NCBI GenBank assembly: GCA_902629465.1 | Contig: CACOQX010000004.1 | Location: forward strand, 1-54,559 | Origin: an uncultured SAR86 cluster bacterium | GTDB lineage: Bacteria; Pseudomonadota; Gammaproteobacteria; Magnimaribacterales; AG-339-G14 | Direction: 5' to 3' | Length of the DNA: 54,559 nt | In this document: positions 1 through 9,218 of the stretch, piece by piece | Layout of the letters: each line of letters begins with the position of its first letter | How positions within the stretch are numbered: the stretch's first letter is position 1 | Program-made: the position numbers and the translations under genes | The notes under the pieces: model-generated | What the model was told of the DNA's origin: nothing | What the model saw: only the letters and a program-made list of their open reading frames with translations | The model's database searches: none

Positions 1-341
1 TAATGCAAGTTGTCTATAAGATTAAGATGCGGAGTTAACTCAATCTTTTTTGAAAATCCGTTTTTACTTTTAATTTCTGCCAATACATTAAGATATGCGA
101 CAAAGCTTCTTGCTGGAGCAGAAGCGCTATTATCATCAGTCCAATAAGCAAGCATTTCTATATGTATATCAGTATCTTTTTCAGCTAAATGTAAGTCTTT
201 GGGAAAGATAATATCTTTTGGAGCGCCTTCAAAAATTAACTCAATGCCTGGTTGAATTGTTTTTTTGCCAATAATCATTTCTTCACTAAAAAGAGGAATA
301 AAAAATATAGTTAGCAGAAAAAATAAAATTTTATTAGACAT
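1..341 (-). CDS. Partial (runs off the left edge) periplasmic P19/Tp34/FetP-like metal-binding iron-transport family protein
   Basis: Not in the ORF track. Hand translation from ATG 341: MSNKILFFLLTIFFIPLFSEEMIIG...DTDIHIEMLA...FVAYLNV...LTPHLNLIDNLH. Signal peptide plus motifs resembling DIHLE, IPYL and PM..DGPHY of the P19 family. Confidence 0.55.
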   Translation of the reverse strand, partial: MSNKILFFLLTIFFIPLFSEEMIIGKKTIQPGIELIFEGAPKDIIFPKDLHLAEKDTDIHIEMLAYWTDDNSASAPARSFVAYLNVLAEIKSKNGFSKKIELTPHLNLIDNLH

Positions 342-344
342 TTT

Positions 345-2063
345 TTAACTCATAAAACTTTGTAGATCGAAGCAAGCAAAGAATTTTTTTATTTCTTTTT
401 CGTGTTTTGTATTAGTAGTTTTCTCAAGCATTAATTCGGATAAAGTTTTTTTGCCACATAAAACATCAAACCATGAATCTTTGCTTAATGAAATGCTGAG
501 ATCTGAATCTTCAGCCTTCCTTACTAATGCAATTGAATTTCTAATTGAATAAGTTATGGTCTCGCCATCGTCAAAGCTTATTTTTATATTCATATCTATT
601 TCCGAGGCTCTCTCGGGAACCAACAATACTCTTAACAATTTTAGCGAATTAGAAGCTTTACGTCTTTCAAGCTCTCTTTTGTTGAAACGATGACTCCTAA
701 AACGGCTTAAGTTTAAAGTTTGATCAAGTTCCAATGCTCTCGTAATACACCAATTCCTGATATTGGCTGCAGACGTCGAATAAGCTATACCTCTTAAAGC
801 GGCTGCTAGACGTTTTCTGTCTTCAAGTTCTCCCGCATCAGCTATTCCTTGATTGTTTAGGTCTGACCTTACTAGCCATGATGAAAGTTCTAAAGCCCAA
901 CGATAATCATCTTTTTGTAAAGCATCATCGATTATGGTTCTAACTTTTTCTTTCCCTCCGAACCCTACAATGAGTCTTTGAGAACGTTCTGGAGAGGGAA
1001 TTGGAAAAAGATTAGCCTCGTCTTCGTCAAACCAGCCGAATAATCCTGTATAGATCTGTCTGACATGATGTTCTACAACCCCATACAATTGTTGAGTAGT
1101 ATAGTGCTCTTTGAAATGAGAGGGCAATTTGATAATGCTTATAGTTTCGTTTAGTGTCAAACCCTTGTTCGCACATCTAACGGTTTGATCCCATAAAAAT
1201 TGAAGTGAATCTCTATAATTAGTAATAATTTTTTTTATTTCTTTTTTTCCCTTGAAAGGAGGTCCATGCGCGCCAATTAACTTTTCTGCATTAAGATCAG
1301 ACAAATGGTCTAGGCCTCTCATCATAATTCTTGGATCTCTATATTCTTCTCCTCGTATAGCAAAAACATTAAATAAAACCGGCCAAAGAAGATTGTTAAT
1401 TGCCAGTTTCATATCAGGAAACCAAATCGTTATAGAGTCGGTCGCATCAGATGGTGCAGGAAAAAACTCTACTTGTAAGCCTGCAATTGTTGCTTTTGTT
1501 GGTTCATCAAATGAATATTTTGGTGGAATATAGCCATTGGTAAATGGAGCATGTTCAGGATTACGAAAAAAATTTCCTAAGCCTAAATTAACAATACCAT
1601 CAGGGCCTTCTTGAGGCATGGAAGTCGCAAACTGATGAGCTAGGCCTCTCGTTACTCTAGGAGCAACCTCACCACCAAATCTATCTAAATTTGCTTGAAT
1701 TCCTGCATGTCCCCATATATCTAGTTTCTCATTTTCGTCAAGAAGTGTTTGAGTACCGCCAACATAATGAAAGTGAGTATAAATACATGCAACAACCGGT
1801 GCCTGGGTTTCCTTTCTTACTTCTTTTAAGGCTGCAGACATTTCTTGGTTGCTTTCGCCTGTATCAATACAAATTAATCCTTCGGGTCCTTGTACAAAAG
1901 ATTGATTGGACAGTCCATTACCAATTAGTGACCAAGCATTGTCGCCCACTTTATAGAGCTTTTTTTCAAGGCGTTTAGAATGTTCCAAAGTATTGGGATG
2001 AGCCAACTGTCCTTTGGGCCCCGTTTGTGTAGCTCCTGGCTCGAAAGAATCATCTACACTCAT
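345..2063 (-). CDS. Alkyl/aryl-sulfatase (SdsA1/BDS1)-like metallo-beta-lactamase-fold protein with degenerate metal motif
   Basis: GLSN..IDTG, IRGEEYRD, YRDSLQFLWDQT..ANKG, VRQIY..LFGWFD and a C-terminal SCP2-like region. The HxHxDH motif reads THFHYVGG. Confidence 0.75.
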   Translation of the reverse strand: MSVDDSFEPGATQTGPKGQLAHPNTLEHSKRLEKKLYKVGDNAWSLIGNGLSNQSFVQGPEGLICIDTGESNQEMSAALKEVRKETQAPVVACIYTHFHYVGGTQTLLDENEKLDIWGHAGIQANLDRFGGEVAPRVTRGLAHQFATSMPQEGPDGIVNLGLGNFFRNPEHAPFTNGYIPPKYSFDEPTKATIAGLQVEFFPAPSDATDSITIWFPDMKLAINNLLWPVLFNVFAIRGEEYRDPRIMMRGLDHLSDLNAEKLIGAHGPPFKGKKEIKKIITNYRDSLQFLWDQTVRCANKGLTLNETISIIKLPSHFKEHYTTQQLYGVVEHHVRQIYTGLFGWFDEDEANLFPIPSPERSQRLIVGFGGKEKVRTIIDDALQKDDYRWALELSSWLVRSDLNNQGIADAGELEDRKRLAAALRGIAYSTSAANIRNWCITRALELDQTLNLSRFRSHRFNKRELERRKASNSLKLLRVLLVPERASEIDMNIKISFDDGETITYSIRNSIALVRKAEDSDLSISLSKDSWFDVLCGKKTLSELMLEKTTNTKHEKEIKKFFACFDLQSFMS

Positions 2064-2075
2064 TTCAAGTCAAAA

Positions 2076-3974
2076 CTACTTATTGCTTTTTGATATGGAC
2101 GAGCAGCTTGGAGGGAGATTAATAGTAGGATTTTGATCGAAAAACCCAACTGGAATTAGATGAATGCCACAATACTCTACAGGCATTACCGGCCAGTCTT
2201 CTGGGCGTGGAATATGTGTTACTCCAAAAGTAAGCCAGGTAACCAAATCACATTCGCTTATGTTTCTGTCCTTTGCGGTTATCTCTTCTAAACCGCCCTC
2301 GCCAGAATGCATTACAGTATGTCTGCCTCCTCCTGACCTTTCCTCGTTCTGAAATGGTGTTGCCCAAATGTTATGTTTAGCAAAAGCAGCTCTTTTTCCA
2401 GGTGGAGAATCAGGATCTGATAGGAGTGTTGGCGTATTTCCGTAAAGTATCTTATAAGATGTAGGCGCACCAACTTTATTAAGTTTGTTGGGATTTACAA
2501 TTTTCCATGTACGACTTTTTTCTGGAGCGATATTCCTCTGAGCCTCACTCTCTTTAGTTAAATGCGATGAAACAGCTTGAAATTGAGTACCTTCTGGATT
2601 CACGTTATTAATTGGTAAGGGCTCAACATTTGTTTCAAATAACTGATTATCTCCATCATCCAAATCCCAATCAATTCTCACATTGAAAAGATGTTGATGA
2701 ATTGGCGAAGCTAACTCAGGAGAAATTTTAAAATCTTGTCCTGATTTATGGATATCTTCATGATATGCGCTTATTCCAACCACGCCAGTAAGTTTTATTT
2801 CCAATTGAATAGTGCCATCTAGATATAAATACCAAAATATACCGTAATCGTAATTACCTATGGTTGCAAAAGAACTTACCACAAGACGACGTGATCTTCT
2901 TACCTCGTTATATCCCATTTGAGTTGAATCATTGTGTTTCCATTGAACCCCAAAATCTTCTTCATGAATGCATATTGCATTTTCGATTGTTTCGACGGAG
3001 CCATCAAAAGCTAATTTATACGCATCTAAATAATGTATTTCACCTAGGCAGTCGCATCCCAAGGTTAAAGAATTTGTCATAGTACCAAATCCATATTCAG
3101 TGCCATCGTGAACTGCTTTCCACCAATGCATTGGGTCGGATGAGCCATAAGGCACTACCATATCCGATAATCCTGCTCGGTAGAAAATTGGTCTATTATT
3201 TAAAGAGACCTGATGCAAGGCTAAACCTTCAATAGGATCAATAGAAGCTCTTAGTTGCCAACCCTCCCAAGAAATCAAATTATCTTCAACAACAAATCCG
3301 ACTCCTTCTGGTTGAGTGATGGCAATTTCCTTTGGATTGGCTCTCAACGACTCTTGACCATCTTTATCATATCTAGCATGAGCTTCAGGAACTTTTACCA
3401 CTCCATGATCTTCAATTTCGACAACCTTATTTTCAGTAAGATCGATATGTGCAATTAAACCTTGAATAGGTCGAGCATAAGCATTGTCCCTTTCACTTTC
3501 TTTTAAAAATGATATTGCTTTGAGAGCTCTATTACCGTTTTTAATGTTCTTATTGACGAACCCTCCACCGGGCCAGGGATCTATTTGAATGAGACTCAAA
3601 TCTTTAATACCTCTTTTTTCCAATGCCTTTTGATAATTCTCATCGCCCAAAGTTAGCTCAATCGCCTTAAAGATCTCAGCCAACGTGTATGTTGGTCCTG
3701 CCTTATTAGAAATTTTCTCTTCTTTCAAAAGCTCTTTTTTTGAGAGATTTATTTCGGCTTCGAAGCCGACGGATTTTTGGTCTACTCCAACGATTTTTAC
3801 AAACCTTTCTAAGTTAGTGCTTTCCTTGAGTAATTTTTTGTCTGGCTCTTCTAGGGAAATGTAACTAAAGAAAGAATTTTCATGTTCTTTGTTCGATTTT
3901 CTGAGAATAGAGACTGCTTCTCCTATTTCAGATGCACTAAGAGTACTCAAAGGATGATTATAGCTTTGGCTCAT
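2076..3974 (-). CDS. tynA: Copper-containing primary-amine oxidase (TPQ), no signal peptide
   Basis: HPL..L N-terminus, GEYG-like DGTEYG, LGCDCLG, TIGNYDY (TPQ precursor), HQH Cu ligands, THIPRPEDWPVMP. Confidence 0.92.
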   Translation of the reverse strand: MSQSYNHPLSTLSASEIGEAVSILRKSNKEHENSFFSYISLEEPDKKLLKESTNLERFVKIVGVDQKSVGFEAEINLSKKELLKEEKISNKAGPTYTLAEIFKAIELTLGDENYQKALEKRGIKDLSLIQIDPWPGGGFVNKNIKNGNRALKAISFLKESERDNAYARPIQGLIAHIDLTENKVVEIEDHGVVKVPEAHARYDKDGQESLRANPKEIAITQPEGVGFVVEDNLISWEGWQLRASIDPIEGLALHQVSLNNRPIFYRAGLSDMVVPYGSSDPMHWWKAVHDGTEYGFGTMTNSLTLGCDCLGEIHYLDAYKLAFDGSVETIENAICIHEEDFGVQWKHNDSTQMGYNEVRRSRRLVVSSFATIGNYDYGIFWYLYLDGTIQLEIKLTGVVGISAYHEDIHKSGQDFKISPELASPIHQHLFNVRIDWDLDDGDNQLFETNVEPLPINNVNPEGTQFQAVSSHLTKESEAQRNIAPEKSRTWKIVNPNKLNKVGAPTSYKILYGNTPTLLSDPDSPPGKRAAFAKHNIWATPFQNEERSGGGRHTVMHSGEGGLEEITAKDRNISECDLVTWLTFGVTHIPRPEDWPVMPVEYCGIHLIPVGFFDQNPTINLPPSCSSISKSNK

Positions 3975-4003
3975 TATTTAAAGTATATAAGATTGCCTGA
4001 AAA

Positions 4004-4315
4004 TTATTTCTTTTTATTTACTTCGTAGGCTTTAGAATTTTTTGGAAAGGAAGAGCCTTTGATTATCGAAGCACGTTTTAATATTTCATCGTATTTAGTG
4101 CATTCAAACTCCCTAAACTTCATGTAGTCTTTTAACATGTCCTTTAAATTATACCTTATAGGCGCCCTGTAAATTAGGAAGCATGCATCAAACTCTGTTA
4201 ATTCTTTAAATTTAATAGTCTCTTTAACTATTGGCAGGGGCTTTTTTTCTTCCGCAACGAAACTATGAATGCTGAAAAGAAAAAGAACTACAAGGACGAT
4301 TTTTTTAATAAACAT
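4004..4315 (-). CDS. Hypothetical exported protein (103 aa, two Cys)
   Basis: ORF with signal-peptide-like N-terminus; no recognised motif. Confidence 0.55.
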   Translation of the reverse strand: MFIKKIVLVVLFLFSIHSFVAEEKKPLPIVKETIKFKELTEFDACFLIYRAPIRYNLKDMLKDYMKFREFECTKYDEILKRASIIKGSSFPKNSKAYEVNKKK

Positions 4316-4389
4316 TTATTATCACAAAATTTTTTTTAATAATTTTAAAGTAGTAGCTATATCAGTCAAGAATAGCTAATCTTAAATAT

Positions 4390-4551
4390 ATGGATAGAAA
4401 TGAACGGTTAGGCCGGTCAATCCATGCAAGACAAAGAAGGGCTCGTTTGAAGAAAACGCTCTCGCATAGAAGCGAAAATTTATATGCCCATCTTGACAGG
4501 TTGAGACACAAAAAAAGGAAATTCCATATAAAGCATCCTCTAGTTAATTAG
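4390..4551 (+). CDS. Small, highly basic hypothetical protein (53 aa)
   Basis: Hand translation MDRNERLGRSIHARQRRARLKKTLSHRSENLYAHLDRLRHKKRKFHIKHPLVN. Fills a 249-bp gap in an otherwise tightly packed region; TAATCT lies 7 nt upstream of the ATG. Confidence 0.55.
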   Translation: MDRNERLGRSIHARQRRARLKKTLSHRSENLYAHLDRLRHKKRKFHIKHPLVN

Positions 4552-4564
4552 AGAAACAAGAGGA

Positions 4565-5422
4565 TTAAGTTTTATATTTTTTGATCATGCTCGTAAGAGG
4601 CTTTAGGTGCATGGAAACATTTGGTCCAAATACCTCCTCAATATCTCCTTTTTCCTTTTCTCCATAAAAATCTAAAATACCTTTTTTATAACTTTCTCTG
4701 CTCTTCAAAAGCTCCCAATATTTTTTTATATTCGGTAACTCCTCAATCTCTAAAATTTTGTCTAGCCTGACGTCTGACAGTCTATGAAAACAACACATTA
4801 AATTAATATCTATATGAGAAAATTTACCTAAAAAATATGGCCCTGAGTCTTTTAAATTTTTTTCTATATCCATTAAACTTCTCACTAAAACTTTATAACA
4901 CCTAGCTGCTACGGGTTTGTGAATGTTGAAAAATTTCATGGCTAGAAACCCCCACCCTCTTTCTCTTAAAGGGTGCTTCCAAAATACTTTTATGGCCTGA
5001 AAAAAAGATAAATATTTCTTAACCATAAAGTTGATTAAAATAAATGAAAAAGGAGGTATTGCCGTTCCAAGAGTTTTGCCGAAAGGTACGCCATCTGTAA
5101 GAGTCGTATCTTCTACCCAAGAATTTAATTTTTCTTGATCAACATCAACGGGCCATAAGTCAATATCTATCTCACCAGTCAGTTTATTCAGTCTTTTGAT
5201 AATGTTTGTGCTTTCTGTGACAATCTCGCCATCTAAGTCAATGGAAGGAACAACGCCTTTTGGATTTATCGCAAGATATTCCGGAGAAAGGTTTTCTCCT
5301 TTAGGATAATGATCAACAAGTTTGATCAAGTTACTTTCATAAGAAAGCCCTTTTTCTGCCAAGGCAACGCGAACCATTTGACTGCATAAAGACCATCTAG
5401 CGTGATAAAGCTTTAGTTTCAT
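4565..5422 (-). CDS. Glutathione S-transferase family protein with a hydrophobic internal insertion
   Basis: SLCSQMVRVALAEKG, INPKGVVP, ESTNI, C-terminal GPYFLGKFSHID. Confidence 0.85.
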   Translation of the reverse strand: MKLKLYHARWSLCSQMVRVALAEKGLSYESNLIKLVDHYPKGENLSPEYLAINPKGVVPSIDLDGEIVTESTNIIKRLNKLTGEIDIDLWPVDVDQEKLNSWVEDTTLTDGVPFGKTLGTAIPPFSFILINFMVKKYLSFFQAIKVFWKHPLRERGWGFLAMKFFNIHKPVAARCYKVLVRSLMDIEKNLKDSGPYFLGKFSHIDINLMCCFHRLSDVRLDKILEIEELPNIKKYWELLKSRESYKKGILDFYGEKEKGDIEEVFGPNVSMHLKPLTSMIKKYKT

Positions 5423-6210
5423 AGAAAATCTTCTGGAAAATATTTTTTTAGATTTAATCTAACTAGTTTAGTCCAGATTTGATAACCCTTTTCATTCATA
5501 TGAAGCTTATCATCTGAGTAAAGCTCGAGCCTTGGCACATTATTTGGAGACAACATTGGAGAGGACACATCGATATAAATCAAATTTGGATCTGACTTTG
5601 CTAGATTTCTTACAGCGTCATTCCACTCTTGTTGTCTTTGCCTTTGATCTAATCTGCTGGGTGAAGGTTGAATACTTATGGCAAAAACCTTGGTCCTAGG
5701 AAGTTCTTTTTTAACGGAATTAAAAAAAGTTTGAAATTCAGCAAAAACATCCTGAGGAGAATTCAAGCCATTGATATCGTTTGAGCCACAAAAAAATATG
5801 ATTGCCCTAGGCTTATAAGGAAAAACAATTTTGTCTAAATGTCGGTTTATGTGTTTAGTGTGCGCTCCGCCAAAACCCCTATTGATGACCGTTAAGGGTT
5901 TCATGTCCGCTGCCAAAGATTGCCAAAGCCTGATCGAAGAACTTCCTATAAATAGAAATTGATTTATTGGGGGAAAAAAAATCTTATCCTGTTGAACAAA
6001 TTGCTCAATATCTGCATCAAAGCGATTTGGTGAGTTGTAACTTCGAATATTTTGTGTCCAATATTTTAACTCCTCATCATCAAGTTCATAGCCAAGTGCT
6101 TTTGCTTTCTCTATAGCGTAATTCTCCCAATATTTTTCATAGGCAAACCATCCTCCTAAAACAAGTGTTAGTAAAGTACCAATCAAGTAATAGAAAGCTC
6201 TTTTAGTCAT
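5419..6210 (-). CDS. SGNH/GDSL-family hydrolase with N-terminal membrane anchor
   Basis: FIGSSSIRLW, INRGFGG, GSND and DKLH blocks. Confidence 0.88.
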   Translation of the reverse strand: MTKRAFYYLIGTLLTLVLGGWFAYEKYWENYAIEKAKALGYELDDEELKYWTQNIRSYNSPNRFDADIEQFVQQDKIFFPPINQFLFIGSSSIRLWQSLAADMKPLTVINRGFGGAHTKHINRHLDKIVFPYKPRAIIFFCGSNDINGLNSPQDVFAEFQTFFNSVKKELPRTKVFAISIQPSPSRLDQRQRQQEWNDAVRNLAKSDPNLIYIDVSSPMLSPNNVPRLELYSDDKLHMNEKGYQIWTKLVRLNLKKYFPEDFL

Positions 6211-6265
6211 GACGTTATTTATGTGATTAAATAATTACATATGCTATCAAAAAAATTAAAAATCG

Positions 6266-6646
6266 ATGTTAGATAAAGTTTTTCTTTTTATATTTGGTAT
6301 CGAATGGTTCGGTTTTGGAGTTTTAGGACTTTTCTTTCCAGAAGTCATTTCTAATATGATTGGTATTAGTCAAACTTCTGATTTCTTTTTAAGCGAAACC
6401 AGAGCTTGGTATTCTTTTTTCACAATTTTAGGATTGATGTCATTGATTAGTATCTATCGAGTCAGACTCAGAAAAAAAGTTTACTTAACATTCGGTATTT
6501 TAATGGGTAGTTTTTTGATTGGCAGAACTTTAAGTTTTTTTCTCGATAATAGCTTTGGCACAGGTACTGCAATTGCTTTTGCAAATGAATTTATAGTTTT
6601 TGTAATTGCTTACTGGCGATATACGAAAAGAGATTTTATTTTTTAA
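6266..6646 (+). CDS. 4-TM membrane protein (DUF4345-like)
   Basis: Four hydrophobic segments with SETRA.Y and GRTLS..LD motifs. Confidence 0.6.
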   Translation: MLDKVFLFIFGIEWFGFGVLGLFFPEVISNMIGISQTSDFFLSETRAWYSFFTILGLMSLISIYRVRLRKKVYLTFGILMGSFLIGRTLSFFLDNSFGTGTAIAFANEFIVFVIAYWRYTKRDFIF

Positions 6647-6650
6647 AATC

Positions 6651-7589
6651 CTAGAGATTCTTTTTAAAAAAATCTAAAGCGTCTTTTTGACATTGGCGTC
6701 TTATTTGCCAATCGCCTCCAGTGCTTGCGCCAAAATGGATTTCTCCCGATTCAAAAATTTTCAGTCTATCTTCCGGCTGATTCATTCCCAGCTTTTCTCC
6801 AGAGTCAGTTTCATAGGTCATGTTACCGTCCTTAGCAACTGAACAAAATTTCTCAGATACTGCAATAGCATCAGGCCAATGCGTGACAGGATTTATGGAA
6901 TCGAAGCTATGTTCTCCTCCAGGGTAAGATATTACTGAGCTGTTACCGCCAGATGCATTTATGATATCTGACATTTGATGCACCAAGGCTGCTGGAGTGT
7001 AATTATCACTCTCGCCAACAAGATTTAAGATTGGTCCCGTATTCCACCTGTTCTCTTCAGGTTTGATATAAGTCGCTGGATAAAAAGGCAGACAACATTT
7101 GAATCTTTCACCATTGGGAGCTAATTTTTCAGCTAAAGGTTCCCAAAATGAATAAAAACTTACTGTGCCGCCTAAACTCCAGCCAGTAATACCTATTCTT
7201 GAAGAGTCAACATCAGGATGTCTGGATACAATTTTTAGGGCTTCGAAGGTATCTACCATCATCATGGCAGCTGTAACTGACATTTGATCCTCAACGGTAG
7301 ATGCAACACCCCTAGAATCAAAACTATGAACTCTGAAAATCGCAAACCCTGCTTCTAAAAAATTTAATATGTGTTCGTGATGATGCCCTGCCCAATTGTC
7401 ACTACCATGGACGCAAAAAATTACTGGAAAAGGACCTTTACCTTTTTCGGGAAATATTAACCAGCCTTGGGCATCTATTTCTGGAGCTTCATCTAACTCG
7501 TTCAAAATATGATAAAACTCAAAAGGATTTGAAGATTTATATTCTAAATATCCTTGCTGGCCACTTTTAAACTCTATAGTTTCATTCAT
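6651..7589 (-). CDS. Dienelactone hydrolase family alpha/beta hydrolase
   Basis: HGS, GWSLGG nucleophile elbow, GESDNYTP, YPGGEHSFD. Confidence 0.85.
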   Translation of the reverse strand: MNETIEFKSGQQGYLEYKSSNPFEFYHILNELDEAPEIDAQGWLIFPEKGKGPFPVIFCVHGSDNWAGHHHEHILNFLEAGFAIFRVHSFDSRGVASTVEDQMSVTAAMMMVDTFEALKIVSRHPDVDSSRIGITGWSLGGTVSFYSFWEPLAEKLAPNGERFKCCLPFYPATYIKPEENRWNTGPILNLVGESDNYTPAALVHQMSDIINASGGNSSVISYPGGEHSFDSINPVTHWPDAIAVSEKFCSVAKDGNMTYETDSGEKLGMNQPEDRLKIFESGEIHFGASTGGDWQIRRQCQKDALDFFKKNL

Positions 7590-7617
7590 TATAAAATAAG
7601 AACAATTCCCAAGCTCC

Positions 7618-9210
7618 TTGAGAAGTGTTTATGAAGTTTGGCATAATAATCTACCTTTTTTAGAAAATTTACAACCTGGAAAAATTTTGAGTGCTAATTT
7701 ACCAATCGATGAACTTATTAAGATTGCGATCGACAATAAAGAAGGTGTATTAGCGAGTAACGGTGCTTTGGTTGTAACTACGGGGAAAAGAACTGGAAGA
7801 AGCCCTGCAGATAAATTTATTGTAGATGATGCAATTACCCACGAAACAGTCAATTGGAATAAAGACAGCCAACCCATAGAGTCAGAAAAATTTGCTAGGC
7901 TTTGGCAAGATTCAGAAGACTACTTAAAAGGAAAAAATATTTTTACCGCCGACTTGCATGTAGGTGCAAGTGAAGAACACTACCAACCCGTTCACGTTGA
8001 AAACGAACTAGCCTGGCATAATGTTTTTTGTCAGAGCCTGTTCATAAAACCGAATTCTTTTAATCAAAGTAACAAACATGTTTGGACTTTAAGATCTCTA
8101 CCTAATTTTAAGTGTAAGCCTGAATTACATGGTACAAATTCGGATGGAATCATTATAGTTAATTTCACTGATAAGAAAGTTCTAATTCTTGGAATAGCTT
8201 ATGCAGGAGAGATGAAGAAATCTATGTTTGGAGTAATGAATTTTATGTTGCCGGATGCAGATGTTTTGCCGATGCATTGTGCAGCTAATGCTGGAGAAGA
8301 TGGTGATGTCTCATTATTTTTTGGGCTATCTGGAACAGGAAAGACAACACTTTCAGCTGATCCAGAAAGATGGCTAATTGGAGATGATGAGCATGGCTGG
8401 GGTAACGGTATCGTCTTCAATATAGAAGGTGGTTGCTATGCTAAGACAGTAGACTTATCGCAAAAAAACGAACCTGTAATTTGGAATGCCATAAAACATG
8501 GTTCAGTAGTTGAAAACGTTGTTTTCAATCCTTCTACACTAGAAATTGATTACGGCGATCAAACTCTCACAGAAAACACTCGAGCCGTTTATCCTCTTAG
8601 CCATGTGGAGCAACATTTAGAGAAAAATTACGGTGGAGAACCTCAAAACATAATATTTCTAACTTGTGATTTAACGGGCGTAATGCCGCCAGTTTCAATT
8701 TTATCCAAAGAAGCTGCAGCCTATCATTTTCTAAGCGGTTACACTGCCAAAGTAGGCTCTACAGAATTAGGTTCTTCATCAGAAATAGACTCTACCTTTT
8801 CAAATTGCTATGGAGCGCCTTTTTTTCCAAGGCCGGCAAAAGTATATGCAGAATTACTTATGAAAAGAATAGAAGAATTCGGTAGTAAAATTTTTATCGT
8901 TAATTCTGGTTGGACAGGTGGTCCTTATGGAGTAGGGAAACGTTTTGACATACCCGTTACTAGATCCGTAATAAAAGCTATACAAGACGGCTCAATAAAT
9001 GACGTCGAAACAGAAACACTAGATATTATGAACGTAAAAGTGCCTACAAAGCTTAATGATGTTGATACAAAACTATTAAATCCATCTGAAACATGGTCTA
9101 GCAAGGATGATTATGATAATGCAGCTAGGAAATTAGCAGCTAAATTTAAGGAAAACATTGATAAGTTTGATATCTCAGATGAAATAAGACAGGCTGGGCC
9201 AATTATCTAA
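7618..9210 (+). CDS. pckA: Phosphoenolpyruvate carboxykinase (ATP); start codon uncertain
   Basis: [45 protein letters not shown]. Confidence 0.96.
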   Translation: MRSVYEVWHNNLPFLENLQPGKILSANLPIDELIKIAIDNKEGVLASNGALVVTTGKRTGRSPADKFIVDDAITHETVNWNKDSQPIESEKFARLWQDSEDYLKGKNIFTADLHVGASEEHYQPVHVENELAWHNVFCQSLFIKPNSFNQSNKHVWTLRSLPNFKCKPELHGTNSDGIIIVNFTDKKVLILGIAYAGEMKKSMFGVMNFMLPDADVLPMHCAANAGEDGDVSLFFGLSGTGKTTLSADPERWLIGDDEHGWGNGIVFNIEGGCYAKTVDLSQKNEPVIWNAIKHGSVVENVVFNPSTLEIDYGDQTLTENTRAVYPLSHVEQHLEKNYGGEPQNIIFLTCDLTGVMPPVSILSKEAAAYHFLSGYTAKVGSTELGSSSEIDSTFSNCYGAPFFPRPAKVYAELLMKRIEEFGSKIFIVNSGWTGGPYGVGKRFDIPVTRSVIKAIQDGSINDVETETLDIMNVKVPTKLNDVDTKLLNPSETWSSKDDYDNAARKLAAKFKENIDKFDISDEIRQAGPII

Positions 9211-9218
9211 AAAAAATT

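Noticed and set aside
4316-4564. Possible ncRNA or riboswitch in the gap
   Set aside because: No recognisable RNA motif; an intact 53-codon ORF explains the gap better. An Rfam scan was not possible.
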